Part shown: positions 1 to 15,341 of the stretch, piece after piece | How positions within the stretch are numbered: position 1 is the first letter of the stretch | Layout: each line of letters opens with the position of its first letter | DNA from: Saccostrea cucullata | Lineage: Eukaryota | DNA length: 64,000 bases | Reading direction: 5' to 3' | NCBI RefSeq assembly: GCF_032062105.1 | Contig: NW_026932584.1 | Coordinates: 1 to 64,000, forward strand | Translations under genes and position numbers: made by a program | The notes under the pieces: model-generated | What the model was told of the DNA's origin: nothing | Seen by the model: only the letters and a program-made list of their open reading frames with translations | Database searches by the model: none

Positions 1-3000
1 ATAAGGCCAGTTGTCAAATGGATTGTAACGATAAGTTTGTTTCGCTCGTGTAAACGCAATTCATTGACTAAATTTAAAAAAAAATGTCAGTTAGAAATAC
101 ATAAATTGTACGTTACCATACGTAACGTACATTTCAAATATAAAAATCAATTCTCTTCCACAAGCATACGTTAGACACGCAATATATTGATACTATTTGA
201 ACCTGCATATCATAAGAAATGCATCATACAGGTTTCGTATTCAGAAATATATACCAGGTATCAAAATTATATTACATAATAATTGACCTTAATATTTTTT
301 TTCCTCAGCAGAGACGTTTCTTTTCATTAATTTTGGGATTTAGCCGACCTCCAACCTTTGAAACTTTCCTTTGTGTACACATTCGAGTGTGTGAAAGTAT
401 TAGAATACATGAAAATTCGTGCGAGATTCACTTAATTCGAATTTCATCGTAACGTACATTTCAGTCACGTACATTTCAAATGATCACTTTTCATGTAAAA
501 AATAATTTTTAATTGTGTTAAGCAAAACGTCTTTGCCAGTTTACAGGATACAAGGGGTTGCTTATTCAGAGTCGTCTCATATTTTCTACTTAATATGTAT
601 TCTTAATGGAAGAATATAGGTAACGTACATTTCTTTCTTATCTCTACGATTGAAAATGTCTTTCATTCCGTAAACATATTTATAAAAGTTGCACAAGTTG
701 TTCAGTTTCATGTTACATTATCTAAGTAGGAGTAATTAATCCTTTGAAATTTCAAATTTAGCCCATCAATAAATAAAGGAGAACAAAACTATCAGGTGTA
801 TAATCTTTGTGTTTGCTTGTAATGTGGTTGAAATAGAATTAAGCGACAGGGACATTGTACAATAAAAATTATTTATTATCACAAAGAAAATGTATTTATT
901 GTTATGAAAAGAAATATATATGATATAAGGTTTAACTTATCAGAAAATTTTTACTTGAGAATCAAAACTATATATTACACAGAGGGGATTCAGAATGATA
1001 TACGAAGTCAATGCCGTAGAATAACGCAACATTGCAATGGCAGCATAGGTCTTTAGTTTCGTTTTACAAAACAATTGGGTGTATTAAAATGCTTTTGTTA
1101 ACGTCCTTAATTTTTTTTGTAAATCGGATTAAAGCAATTGAAAGGCCAGTGACTGGTAAAGTATGTACAGCCATGATATTAAATGATTCACCAAATTGTT
1201 TTTTTTTTAAATTACATAATAACAGCTCTTAGTTTCTTTTTTCTGTTGCATGTTCATAGAATTTAATACATGTAAAAATTTAATCAGTCAATCCAGCTAC
1301 CGTTCCGTGCATGTTTCATGCAGAGATGTTTTATGGTTGCATCTGTTGTCTAGTGACATTACAAAAGCCACAGAAAGACAGGACCCCAGAGGTTAACCGT
1401 AATTCTAAAAAGTCAATGCTCTGTCGCATCCCAGTAAATTCGGTATCTATGACAATGCAATGTATTCGATGCTTGGAGATTATCCGAATAACAAAGATGA
1501 ATACTGATAACCTTTGTCATGGTATTTAGATGCACATGATCTTTCTAAAATACAATTCCAATTTTTATAGAAATCGTTTAATTTGGATGTAAAATATAAA
1601 CCTACACGATTTGATGGTGCTTTAAAAATTCATTGCGTGGATATAAGGTCAAAAAAATTATCTTTCTAATTTAAAGAATGAAAACATTCAAATATGAAAA
1701 TTTCATTTGACAAAAAGCAACAAATGGGGTGACTCATTTGTATGGAACTAATAATGTAATGAAAATTGCAGTGTATAAAAACAGACAAGTAAACTGGTTT
1801 AAAAAAAATTCTTGCCATTTCTAAGCATTGCAATCAATTCTAATCAATATATGAAATCTCGTTTCAAAATTAATAGCAACAAGTTGGTCCAAAAAGTCAG
1901 GCTTGATTAGGAATGTATATTCAACAAACAGTGCTTTAATGAAATTGGTCATCAGTGATTTCCAATTTGATTCATCATTCAGGAGAAAAGTAATTCAACC
2001 TTTCCATTTTAGCTACTCTCTAGAATAATGTGTTTATTTATGGCATTGCATCAGTACTACTAACCTAATTTTCTCGCGTACTGCACACTCTTACGATGTA
2101 TCACATTAAGGAAACTCAAAATACACACATCGAGCTAAACTATTTAATTAGATACAATGAAATATTGGTGTTCTTTCCTCCAACAACTGTTGGACATAAA
2201 ATGATGCGCTTAACAAAATGCGCTTAAAGAGATTTTAACACTAAAAAAAATGTCTAAGAATACATCAAAGATATGAATTTTTTTTTTAAAATTTTTCTAT
2301 TTGTCAAAGTCTTGGAAATTATATTGTTTATCAGTTGAAACAAATAATTACAAAATTTCATCAATAACTAATTAATGTAAAAGAGATCCCGAATGCAAAT
2401 AAAATTGTTTAAATGACATAGGTAAAAATTATAAACAGGTCATCTTGGGCTGGGATCTATCTTATTCAATCTACAAACAATTAGAATATTGAAAAGGGCA
2501 GAAAAATATGTAGCCTTGGAAACTCAAGATGTAAGATCAGGTGATTAGGAGGAGTAAGCATTTCTAGTCGACCGAATACACCCACCGTGAGCCCTATGTT
2601 TTAATTATGAAATGTTGACATTAACCAGAATGTTGAAATTATTGTAACATCAACTTATTGGCTAGTAGTAGGCATCTGTTAAACTTTGAAGTTACTCAGA
2701 GCATGACCTTGAGTTTTCAATAAGCACCAAAGGTAGGTTAATCATAAATCATATATATGCATATCACAACCGAGCTAATAGTATGTTTGCTAAACACAGA
2801 TGCCCCCGAACCTGACCTGATTTTATGCAATCAAATTTGCTGGACATAAATAAACATCTGTTGATATGTAATTATATACAAATATCAGAGACGAAACCAG
2901 AGAGATCTCAGTTTTAATTAAGATTAATGAGCTAGATAGATAGTTTTTAAATATTTGAAAGTTTTTGACGATGAAGAGGTTGTTTTTATTCATATTTCGA

Positions 3001-3204
3001 ATGGATAAAAATCTTTTTGAATAAGTTATATTACAGTTTTTTATATCATGGCTAGGGTTTTAGTTTATTATGCTTATTGTGTAGAGGGTTAAAATGACCA
3101 AAAAATCTTTTGAAATTTTCATGTATATCTTTTTCTAATATGTTTGGTTTAAAATGCAAGAATTAATCTGAGTTCCAATGAGCAATATCTATTTCCATCC
3201 ATTT

Positions 3205-3790
3205 GTTGACTAGACATATCCCAGTGAACTTGAAGAGAGTGTGGCACATCTGAATCATATCGGGATGTTTTACTGATGCTCACTTACAAGTTAATTGTGT
3301 GACAAATAAAAAATGACTTCAGCCTTTCCATCGTCAATTTTATTTATGAAGTAATATTCCACTTCCTTCTGTATATGGTGTTTACATCCCCTATAACTTA
3401 TTCGATACTCAAGAGCCTGCTCCGAGTATGATCAATTTTTAAACCGAGGCATGCTTCGTACTTATAAGTTAATACTGCAGTAAATTCAACAACGTAGTTA
3501 AATTCAATATTTCATAAATCCCATGGTTGTTTTAATAACCTTAGGATCAAATATAACCTATCAATGGGTCGTTATTTGGCTCACTCAGTTCTTACAAATT
3601 GATATGTCTTTGTATTTGTACTTAATTTGAGAAAGAAATGTTTCGTCAATAGAAGATCAATACACAGGGCCTAGGGCAGGCGTGTATGGTCAACAGGAGC
3701 TGCTTTCTCCTCCGGCACCTGATCCCACCTCAGAAATATCTAAGGGTCTGTATTTATGCCCTGGTCACATACCATAAGTATTTGTATTGG
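3205..3790 (+). mobile_element. Penelope-like remnant, same family
   Basis: tatcccagtgaacttgaa (YPSELE), tatggtgtttac (YGVY), attcgatactcaagagcctgc (IRYSRAC), 3' motif ggcacctgatcccacctc. Confidence 0.8.
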
Positions 3791-6700
3791 CTAAAATTTT
3801 TAGTCAGATGAAAAGCAGTCTTTAAATGAAATATTCGCAATAAAACTACGAAAAAAATTTAATAATCTATGAACTATAAACTCAAGATCTTATTTCCATA
3901 AATAAAAGTGTATAAAGAAAGCTACTTTAATTAAAAAATTCGGATAAGTAACAACTTCAGCAATGTTTGTATAAAAAAAAATGAATAGGTTAGCTACATA
4001 GATTTTGATTCATTCAAAATTTTTCAATTATATATTTATGAAAAGGATGAAAAGTTGTTAAGAAGACAGAAAGGTTCATCTCTAAACATAATGCATTGAA
4101 AGTTTAAAATTTCTTTAATTTTAATTCTGAAATATACATCATTTACAACTAAAATAGATCTACCAATCCTTTGGATTAGTATATACTTTTAGACAAAACT
4201 TCCATTTTTTTGTTGGTATAATCCATCCCTAATTCTAAATTTGAAAAAAAGTATAAGAGTAGCTTTTTTTTATCAATGTAAATAGCTAGACATGACATTG
4301 TTATTTTGTTATTGTTACCTAACCCCAAAACAGTGTTCTTCCTTTTATAGTACGAGTTGCATAAGCTTGTTATCTGGTATCAGCTTTTACACTTATCTTT
4401 TCTTGTTTCTTTTCATGATTGAAAAACACGATCTTTGTGATAAAGCACATCAGCTGATTACAGTTTGCTTAATCAGATGTCAATTTCAAGAATTTTGCGG
4501 ACTTTTTCAAATCTGATTTTTTAAGTATAAGAATTCTTTTGTACGTTAGGCGTTGGTCAGTAGATAATGATTTCTTCAGAAAGATCAATAAGCCCGATAT
4601 GTGGTAATTTGTAGTCTGTTGCTGAGATCAAATCACATTCAGAATATATACTAATATGTATTGAAGATTTTGTTAGATAAAATGAATATCTAGCTTATTT
4701 GTTTTTTGTCTTTCATGATAACCTGCCATTCATATCTATCAACACAAAGTATACATTGTATTGAACGGGTGCAATATGAATAATATTTCAAACTTTTCAA
4801 AATTTATCTCAGGTAAAGCTGATATGTACATTTGGCACAATTATGCTAAAACAAAAAGTTGCCATCTGTGGCCAGATTAGTTGAAATATTTACAACAATA
4901 ACATTCTATTTGCCGATCATTCTTCCTTCCAGGAATATATACTACTTATAGGAGGTTCATTAATTTTTCGGCCAATAAGACAGAAACTGGAAAACAATTA
5001 TTAGAAACCTATTCGTTTATATACCACTTCTCCAGATTTTTTCTAAGGATGACCAATAAATATTTCCGAAAAGACTTTAATGGATCATTATCGTAAAAGG
5101 GGGTTTTTAATTTCATTAAAAATATCGAAAAAGAGATTATATCAGATAAAAGTATTAATTATTAAATTATTTCCGCAAGAAAATCGATGACCTCGAAGCT
5201 TTTCCTACAATCATCTGTGTATACTTTTACCATGAGTTTAAGTACTACGCTGCTTTAGCACGAAGAAAGATGTCATGATATTAATAAACCGCTGGTCAAT
5301 GAAATAAATCAGAGGTTAATCAATACACTTTGTACTATCATCAATTCCTTGAAAAATTAAAAATTTCTAACATTGCTAAAAATCTATTTTAAGGAAACGA
5401 GAGGACAGTACGTATGTGACGATATAAAAACAAGTGACAAACTACTAGTGACAAATACTTTTAGTGGAAGACATTCAGTGAAGGATAAAGAGATAACAAA
5501 CAGCTTTCAATATCAAAAGCATAAAACAATACAAAATAGGAGCAAAGCAAACACGAACCTCCAAAACATCAGAGGTGGGATCAGGTGCCATGGAGGAGTG
5601 AGCATTCACTTATTCATAAAACCATTTATTTAACTCTCTGCATGGCAAAAAGGTTACATCCACAGAGGTGGATCTTTTTCGTGCAAGCACGTGCATTTAC
5701 TGGGACAGGAGACCTCATTTTAAACAGTGTTATCCCAAGGACAAGTGAAACGGTATGAAAACATATGCATATAACATACAAATCATTATACAAAAATAGG
5801 CATCATCAAAATCGGACATAGAATTTCAATATTATGTACCGATAAGCCACATTTGATAATTTGTAATTTCCTGTTTAAAAAAAAATGTTAACTTTAAAAA
5901 ACTGCCTTGATTTGAAACGGTTGCAAGCTGAAAGCTTGCCTGAGTTCGAACAAATATATCACTACGCGCGGAGAGACACATAATGAATGAACTAGCTGTT
6001 TTATCCTACACACTGGCACTTGGTAGTGCTTGTTTTATAAAGAAAGCAATCGCACTAGAGATTTAATGATTTATAACTTTTAGTAAAAAAAAAAGTGTGA
6101 TGTGGTTTCTTTAATAAGTAAAAAAAAATTCTTGGGAATTACATAATCACAATAATGAACAATAAGAAAAATTAGATAAGCGCAATGGTCTAATCGATTT
6201 ATTCTCCCTCTACCTCCCCCTATCTCGCTCAAAGATATTATAAATTACCGGAAGCAAATGATAAAGTTATTCATGATAAAGTTAATCTTTTCACTAGCTT
6301 TAATTTACTCTTTGCCTATTTTTCTTAATGACGTGTATATACAATCTGATAAACAAATTTTTTTCCCGAATCCCAAATTATCTCTTGGTTGTATCGAATC
6401 AAATTGAACACACTTAAAATTTGATTACAGCTGTCGATAGAAACTGACCAATGCTGTCAATAGCTGACCTTGAGTTAAAAAATCCGATCGATTCCTTCTT
6501 GTAAGTGCCCAATAATGAAATTTTTGCTTTAGTCTTTTCTCAATTATCGAATTAGCTTAGATACTCAAACCTATTGATACCAAATAACAGGAAAAGAAGC
6601 GAGTGGTTGATTCAAAGAAGGAAGAAATATACATGGCTTCGGAAAAGAAGCCTGTATAATTCACCTTATCAAATAAATTGTTTGTTGATTTGCCACAAAG

Positions 6701-7827
6701 GTTTATAATCCGCACTGACTCCAAAACTCATCTGAGATCTTGCTTCGGGGTCATTAATCTTGGACAAGCTCTTACACGACACTCACTTTTGAAAAAAAAA
6801 AGAATTCGTACTTTGGAAAAGTGAGACCGGGATAAAAATGAGCTCATCTGAGTTTAATGCACCTGGCTCCTGGGCCATTAAACTTAGACAAGCACAATTA
6901 TTTTTATCTCAATCTAACTTTAACCAAAGGAATATAATAATAGCAGAAAAATGTGACTGAGATCAAGAGTGAGCTCATCTAAGTTTTACGGCCCCTGAAC
7001 CCGGACCCTGAAGACATCAAGTTTAATAAATTGTTTCTCTCATGATATGGAAAGTAAATAAAGCAGACATTCAGAAAATTGAAAATTCGGTTCATGTAAT
7101 ATCAAGTAAAATCACTCCCAGTCTATAGAGCTTATTATCTTTAACCGGTAGTACATGGGATACAATAAAACCACCCTTTGCAAGATAAACAACTGAGTGT
7201 TCGATGGCTAGGTGGCAGAATTATACAAATAGCGACGATTCCTTGCTACAAGAAGTAAAGTGAGTGATAATGGACGAGATAATTGTAACGTCACAATTGT
7301 GTTGACAACAATTCTGACGCCGATGCATCATTATGGACACATATCTATACATACTGTTGTTTCTCGACATGCGATATGTAACCTATAAATTCTCTTCACT
7401 ACTAGCGAAGACAATATCTTAGAAAAAAATCACGTCCTGACTTTATATGTATGCCAAAAAACTTTGACGCTACCCATCGGAGAAGGTGGCTGAGAGGAAT
7501 TAACGACAACACTACGAGGAAGATGCATTACTTGACTAGGTCAATTTTAAGTATATTAAAATTCTGTTATAAAATCCTTTTATTTAGAATGTTTTAAATG
7601 TCATGTCTGGGAATTTAATAAAGAGAATTAAAACGCAGCTGTTTTATAAGCCAAAATTATGAAGTGAAATGTCAGCATTTTCAATTTCCTCTTGGTTAGT
7701 ATGGAAAGTAAGCAAAAAGTCATAGCCCACTCCTCCTTCAAATGATGATTTTTTTTTTCCAGTCATAAATGTAAATGTATATTTATACTAAACTTATACA
7801 TTTGTATAACTGCCTGAAGAACCTTAC

Positions 7828-7964
7828 ATGGCGAAAGCGCTTGCAGTAAATGTTTCGTGATATTTTTGGATTTTTACTTTTAAATATACCAAAAACCTGT
7901 ACCGATTCTTCATTTTGTTTTTGAAAATTATACTGAATTTATATATGGTTTCAAATTTTTTCAT
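7828..7964 (-). CDS. Possible alternative first coding exon of KCNQ (MKKFETIYK...TASAFA)
   Basis: Open frame ending GCC AT|GTAAGG: same strand, same phase-2 donor and same last two bases as the main KCNQ exon. No recognisable homology. Confidence 0.25.
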
Positions 7965-9881
7965 AAAATTACCAGCGAAGCGGGTTACTAAAGGACCAAA
8001 GTTCCTCAGAGCTCTTAGGACGTCAGAAAAGTAAGGACAAAAATTCTTCAATTAGCCAAAAATGCATATGAAACTATTATTGGCAACTACGTCTCCAGAT
8101 AGTACACTTTAAGTGATTTCTTTTCTTGAATTCACCTTAGGTTAAATACGGTGTATTTCATATTGCACAAACAATCAAACATATAGGGGGAATACATGAA
8201 TGTAGTCAGTTTGCTCTTCATATTTAGCATAATGAACTAGTTCTCTAAAATGCAGTTTCGTACTTATTTTATTTAACCTTTTTTTTTTAAAAAATCTGAA
8301 TAGTTTAAATGAACAGATTTTAGTCATGTAACTTTTCCACACACATGACGAAAAGCGCGTTTCCTCTTGAACATGCATTCCGATAGACGGAGAAAAGGAA
8401 ATTTGACGTAAAACACAAGCGTAAGAAGTATGTACCATACTCAAAAGAAACATTTGATAATTTAAATTGCTTACATGTAGTTTACTTTACGACCAATTAA
8501 AAAGGTAAATGTTACAAATTCTTTGGATGAGGCTCATTGTCTTTCCCAGGGAATTAAAGAGAGATAATACAATAACCACTAAAGTATTATGCTGAACATG
8601 TTCAGGAAAGCACGATCTCTCATATTTGGTTTGGTATCCTGGTCGTACACATATACAATAGGACGTCTGCTTTGGATCAACCAGGATTTAGTCTTTCATG
8701 CCAAATTAATGGAGACCTACACGTTTGATGCTGTTGAAGTAATTGAATGCGAGCGCCATGGCGGCCATTTGTAGATTATGTGTCTCTCTGCAAGCTCAAA
8801 TTCTTTTGAAAGTATCGTAAAAAAAAAATTGGACAATACTATGTTAAATATATGCCTGTGATTATTAACACTTATTCTTAATCTTTTAAAATACTTGTAA
8901 TTTAAAAAAAAATGAAAATTTGCTATGATTGAATGATCAGTCAAAGGAAACTATTTTAATATTGCTATAGTTTGGCATAAAAAGTTGGATATAATGTTTA
9001 AAAATTTAAAATTATTTTACAACCATCAAATGAAATTGGCTATTTTGAAAACGGCAACATAAAATCAATATTTATCTAACAAAGGTATAATGGCAGACAA
9101 AATCTAAATCTTGTTAAGCGTTTGATGTGCATTCCAATTTACTGTAGAGAGGTATTGTGGATGCATCAGAGGAATATGCTTTGTTTTGTTTTTTTAAAGA
9201 TAAAGCATAATGCGCAAAATTTGGTGTAAAGTGCATAAACTTCAAAATATTTCTATTATTTACACTGTCAAAACCATAAGGTTCATTATCTAAATCTCGA
9301 CTCAGTTTGTAGAGAGGAGGAATAAATTTTGAACATAGGAAGGCGATTTCACTTGTATGGGAATTCAAGAATGTTTGAGAAATTTAACAATAAGAAAACT
9401 CGGTTTATTTTATAAACAGAAAAATCTTTAATATCTAAACCCACATGTGGACTAATAATTCAACATTGCAAAGAGCTTTCACTTATATTCACTTGCATTT
9501 AAGGATTGTCATATAGCAGCTGTGCGGGTAAGAGACAGCTAGAAGGAATTATAGAACAATTGTAGAAGAAATAATTACAGAAGGATAAATGAAAACTTTT
9601 TACTGATGAAAATACTAGTATCATGTTCAACCCCAATAGAAATAGATGTATTATATTATCCAGTTTGCTCAAAATATGATTGCTTGAATTGATGGAGTTT
9701 TACTTTCTTTTGTGCGAAGGAAGAAACAACATGCGACAATAATAATTGTAATGTGTTATTCGATGCTTTTTAATTTTATACACATCGAAGAGTAAAAGAT
9801 TATTTTTTTTTCCTTTGGGAGATTTTTTCTTCGATAAACGTTCGACAAACGTATTTGAATTTTAATATAAAAGATACTTAC

Positions 9882-10306
9882 ATGAGTACATGGTAAACCA
9901 CTGATAAACACTGCTTCGGTCTTTCTAAGAAATTATATATTTTTGCTTGTAATTTTCTCATCCGAGCATCTTTCCTGTGTTGGCGATAATTTAAAGGTTT
10001 CCCTAACAACGACATTCTGGGTTCCACAAATCTCTTGCTTCGAGTTCCCTTTCCCGACAATTGGTTTATATCAATTTCGACATCCTTTCTTGTATGATTA
10101 TAACTATTATCACATTGTTCGTCCATATCCATAAATCCAACTCGAAGGTACTTTTTCACCTCTCCTTTCGGAGAGGGCAGAGGTGAATCGGACTCACTCG
10201 GACTGTTTGGTACCCAATCGAGATAGCTCGGATCACGATAGATGTTATTCGGACCTCCTCCGCCCGCTACACTGATTGTCAGCTTGATGTTCGATTTTCT
10301 GCTCAT
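9882..10306 (-). CDS. KCNQ: First coding exon of a KCNQ (Kv7) voltage-gated K+ channel: cytoplasmic N-terminus up to the start of S1
   Basis: Translation ends ...PRMSLLGKPLNYRQHRKDARMRKLQAKIYNFLERPKQCLSVVYH, matching the KCNQ N-terminal signature (MSLLGKP...Q..YNFLERP...YH). Acceptor tttatttttcag precedes 10363. An in-frame TAA lies between the acceptor and the ATG at 10306. Phase-2 donor AT|GTAAGT at 9882, where KCNQ exon 1 normally ends. No exon 2 recognised in 1-9881. Confidence 0.93.
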
Positions 10307-11196
10307 TATCACGCCTCGCGGTAGCTGATGGCAGCCAAGTAGGATATACCTTTAATACAGACACTGAAAAATAAATAAAACGTAAATACAACGAACGAAG
10401 ATAAACAACATTCAGGTGGTAATTGGAGGGAAAATGATCCAGATCTTTATTGTGCAATGATAAATAATTACAATATTACTGCAATGAATGCAGATTTTGT
10501 CAATACTTCATTTCTAAATTTACTTTTTACATTTGAATTTAAATGTCAATCTATTGGAAAAGCAGAAGACTCTTTGATAACGATCTTACGCAACATATTA
10601 TTAGAGCCTTTTCCAGAACCATGCTGTTTATTTAACAACTTTCTATACAGATCAAATTTATTATGTTTTGAAAATGCACATATTTATTATTTATATATAT
10701 CACAATCAACTGAATGAAGATTTACATCATGTGATTTACTATGTGCTGCGTAGAAATATTTTGTTTCACGACAATCTTGGAAAGGAGGTCTATATTTTCT
10801 TGCATGCAGTGATGGAAGTAGATAGTACTGTATATACATGTACCAAACACTATATCTGTTGCCCTTACTTCCATGATTTTAAAAATAAAGTACATGTATT
10901 CATTTGCATATCAATTTATTTATGGTCGAAAGATGTTGCAACACTTTCATCTTCTAATTGGCTTTTGGTCACACCTGAGTTATCACAATTTGAAATTCTA
11001 TATATTATGCAAATTGCCCATAAAACTATATAATTTTCTTGATAATGACCAAACTGCCAAATGTGAACGCTTTTAAGCATTTAAGTACAGATCATAATCG
11101 CATAATTTGAAACAATACGAACAATTTAGATGTGTATACTAGTTACGTTAAAAAATAAGGTTTAAATTATTCTCGAATGTTCGTGGACATACTCTA

Positions 11197-11587
11197 TTTT
11201 TATGCGCCCGGATCGATAGATCCGAGGCGTATATTGTTTTTGTCCTGTCTGTCTGTTTGTTTGTTTGTTTGTTTGTTTGTTTGTAATATTATGTAATTTT
11301 CTTGAAACTTCATAATGACCAAAATGCTTTCAAATGTAAACAGCTGCAAACTTTAACCTTTATAATCATGAAAGTATAAATTGAAACTAATAAAGTTCTT
11401 TCAAATGACACAATCAATGAACTTAGATGTGTTTACTTTTTGTACTTTTATACTTTTAAAAAGATGAGGTTTCATATTTGGTGTGCGTACTCCACAAATC
11501 AAGGATGACACCAAGGTTGACCTTGTGTGATCATATTTTATTTTTGTTGCCACCGGGCGCATAGTGTTTCACAAACACATCTTGTTT
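11197..11587 (-). mobile_element. Short HINE-like element
   Basis: Perfect 11-bp subterminal inverted repeat TATGCGCCCGG (11201) / CCGGGCGCATA (11553), terminal hairpin CGGATC gata GATCCG, (GTCT)/(GTTT)n tract, T-runs at both ends. Confidence 0.82.
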
Positions 11588-14129
11588 CTTGAATATGCTA
11601 TATCATGCTAAAAAGTGCGTTAATATTTACATATTACCATTACTAAGAGAATTCTTTGACATACAATACAATATGCACGATAATTTGCTAGTTTCGCCAG
11701 TTGAGAACTTGTATACATTGTATACACTGATTACAAATCCTTTTTATATTCGAATATGTATTTTTTTGTCTGATCTAATATGGAAGATATTTCAAATTCT
11801 TGTAGATATAAGTACTGAATAAAAAAAAAAAACAATCGCCAAATTTAATATTGTGAATAGTATTTTCAATGTCTCTTCTTTCAAATGTGATAAAAAGCGG
11901 TTCACTTTTCGATCCATCATATTTATTTCATTTCATAAAAAAAAACATCACGTCTAATACGTTAGATAAATTTTTCAAATCCTAAAAGGAAACTAATAGG
12001 CTAAATGTGAGCTTAATTATTCTTTTATTCGTAACAAAGTGTCAGAAATATTAGATCTGAATTAATCACTTTAAGCTTTAGAATTCCTATTATTCTACAT
12101 TAGTCAAATTCTTCCGCTTCAAAAAAGTAGAATATTGACCCCTTTTACTTCACAATTATATTGTTGTTAGTAAGTGGAGGGACCTAAAAATATATCATTG
12201 TACATTTACTGTGAAAAATAAAGCTTATTTTTGATTCGTCAACATGCTTAAAAAGTTATTTGCTATACTTTAAAGAATAAATTATAGCTTCAAAGAGTCA
12301 TTTTATCAATATCTCTAAATAAATGAAGAAAGTGTTTTTCTGAGCTTTTACTTCATTTTTTATAATAAGTATTGCACAATCCATGCACCCAACTCTCCCA
12401 CATTACAATGACAAACAATTCTAAAAGCGTCACAAGAGTACAAATTTAAGCTAAAATTACAAGTTATCAGGTGTCACCTTTATTTTTTTCCTTACAAAAT
12501 TAATGAAATATTTTAAGATCGAAGGCGATTACAAAATCCAAATTACCAGGCACTGCCAACACAGATATAAGAATAGTCAAGACTATCCAAGAGAAAACCC
12601 GGTTTTTTCCCGACAAACAACCGTCTGATCAAAAAAGACAAATGTCAGATAACAATTAGGAATTGATTCTGTGTTAAGCAGAAATAGAGCTCCTAGTAAT
12701 AAAGGAAGAATAAAGTATCAGAATTCCTTACAAAACCTTTGCACTATTACGAAGTACCGGCCACCAAGAACGTCACAAATGTCAGAAAAAATGGCTGGAT
12801 AATCATTAAGGAATGATTTCGTTAGAAGATCATACTCGAAGTCGTGTTTCTGGACTTCATAATTAGAATCATGGCTTGAACTAGGTAGAATAAAAACCCT
12901 ATAGTGTTATATGTTCTGAAGTGATTTCAACCCTTTCATAAAAAATGTGTCAAATTCTAAAGTTCTGAGATTTAATGTAACATAAATGGTTTAAAATCTG
13001 GATAATAATATTATTTTACGATAAAAGTGTATTGTCAATTTTCAAAGTAATGATTTATTCCGGAATAGTACTTTTGATACCAAATGAAATCATAATTCAA
13101 TTTACATTGCATGATTGTATATTAACAAAATTCACACACAAGAAACCCACACATTCCAGAGATTGTCTGGAGATGGACAACATGTACAGTAATGTAACAC
13201 TGACCAGTAGACAACATATCTACAATAACTTTACACTGACCAGCACAAGGTCTAAGATATCAATAGATCGTATGTAATCTGTTCCCTGTCCATCAATCTA
13301 TATCTCGTCGTCTCATTCTATAAATTACTGATAAAATTGCATTTAGACAGCAGGGATATCCGACTTACTGTAGATTCTATTTACATTGCCTATAAGCTCT
13401 TTCCCCGATCTATTGATCTACATGCATGGTGTTGGCCGCAGTTTCCAGCGCCGCAGGTTATAAGACAATATGAGGGCAACATATGGATTTAAGACGTTAC
13501 GATCTAAAGCCACAAATGTCTTTCATTGACATGATGCTACATTGCACTTGACTTTAATGATGGTTTCTAAATACTGTGTCATTTATTGATCGAAGTATGT
13601 CAAACTGTTTTTTAAGTCCACAACTTGTTAAAAAGAGATTCATTTCTGCTTTAGCTTGCTACCAAGAAAATGTATTCTAAGTCTTTCCCATACAGATTTT
13701 GAAATATGAATATCTCGGAATAGAAGAGCGGAAACTCAGTAAAATGAAGATTGAGAATATATCTGGTCCAAATCTTCGGGATATTTAAAAAAAAACATCA
13801 ATGCAAAGGTATTCATAAAAATAATCAAATTATAAAATCTCTTAAAGAGTATCGGATGCTTATAAAACGCAGTATTTTTTACCATACTGAAAAAAAAAAT
13901 ATTAAGTTAAAATGATGGAAAAGTTTTCTTAAGCAAAACAAAACAATACAATCTGGAGCAAAGGTGAAATAATTATAAAAGATAATGTCAATGTTAAAAT
14001 CATGTTTTGAAAAATCTTCTGTTAGGACATATAAATTTTCGAACATCTAGACGTTTATCCATGTATTTGTTCTCTAGGAAAAATGAAAAATGAAAATGTT
14101 GGAAATGACACATAGGTATACTTCAAGAT

Positions 14130-14535
14130 CATTAAATAACGATTCCTGTTATTCTCAAGGTTACTAAAGCCATTAATCAATTAAAACAATACAAATTGGA
14201 AGCATAGCAAACAGAGACTTCTAAAACATCAGTGGTTGGTTCATGTGCCATGGAGAAGTAAGAATTAATCATGAAAGCTTTTGCAAAGAAATCAACTTCA
14301 AGTTTCTGCAATCACAATCATTGATCTTTTACTGACTTTGGCTACGGAGAGTTCCTTCTACTTGATCAATAAATAGCGGGTGTGACTGGTCAACCGGGGA
14401 TGCTTATTCCTCCTATAGGCACCTGACCCCTCCTCTGGAATCTCAGGGGTTTGTGTTCAATGTATTTTCACATATTTGTATTGTGTGTTGATTTTAATTT
14501 TTGAGATTGGTCACTTTTCGGTATCTTCACCATTT
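14130..14535. mobile_element. Divergent (inverted) pair of Penelope-like 3' ends
   Basis: ~14130-14262 is a minus-strand copy; ~14330-14535 is a plus-strand copy (gcgggtgtgactggtcaaccggggatgc...ggcacctgacccctcctctgg). Confidence 0.7.
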
Positions 14536-15341
14536 ACATTGGGACATGTAGGTATCATTATTAGACATTTCCAATATTAAAATAATCGCTGTGACGTTTG
14601 TTCAGATATTCATTCTTTCAGTCTAAAAACATCTTTTTACATGTAAGTCAACTTATATCATGTGCAGGAATATTTAATTCAAAATATGCAATAACCCTTA
14701 TCACCTTCTAACCTTTCGGATATGGAACATCATAAGTACATGTACGTATATGAACATAGAGATTAGTCAATACTTTTCTTTTGCAAAACCAAAACTATTG
14801 CTGAAGCCTGTACACGTAGTATTTTCAAAAAAGTCAGACAAAACATTTTTGATATCAGTCCTAAATTGTTAGCGTTCATATTTCATTTAAAAATTGTCCT
14901 AAAGATATTGAAGATTATTACGAAAGAGTCAGTTTTGTTGCTTTACCTTTATCGTGATACATGATACAAAGAATCTTTTATACTGAGAACATGAAAAAAA
15001 TTAACATTTCTCTCACACAACGAGTTGAGTGAAGAAATTAACATAATCGAAGAAACTTACAGTTTATACATATATAGCAGAACACATTATTGGAGATTCC
15101 TTACCTTCATATTGTGGTGTCGGAAGAAAATGTTGTAAAAGGGAGTGAATGTGAACTCTTGAAGGATATATAGAGAAAAACATTGTGATGTAGTATTTTG
15201 TCATACGCTATTTTCAGTCAATGCGGATTGGAATAAAACCTACACCGATACGTCACAGAAAATTACATGTTTCATTGTATTATAGATGTCTGTTCTGACA
15301 TCAGATAGATATTTTACAATAAGCAGTTCTTCTGATGCTAT

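Noticed and set aside
120-635. Repeated GTAACGTACATTTC motif as a regulatory array
   Set aside because: Four dispersed copies, most likely subterminal repeats of a transposon truncated by the window edge; boundaries not definable.
1311-1550. KCNQ exon 2
   Set aside because: An acceptor-like site exists on the minus strand near 1546, but no frame gives the expected S1-S2 sequence.
14375-14430. SECIS element in the Penelope-like 3' motif
   Set aside because: GTGA...TGA is present, but there is no conserved apical AA at the required spacing across copies.
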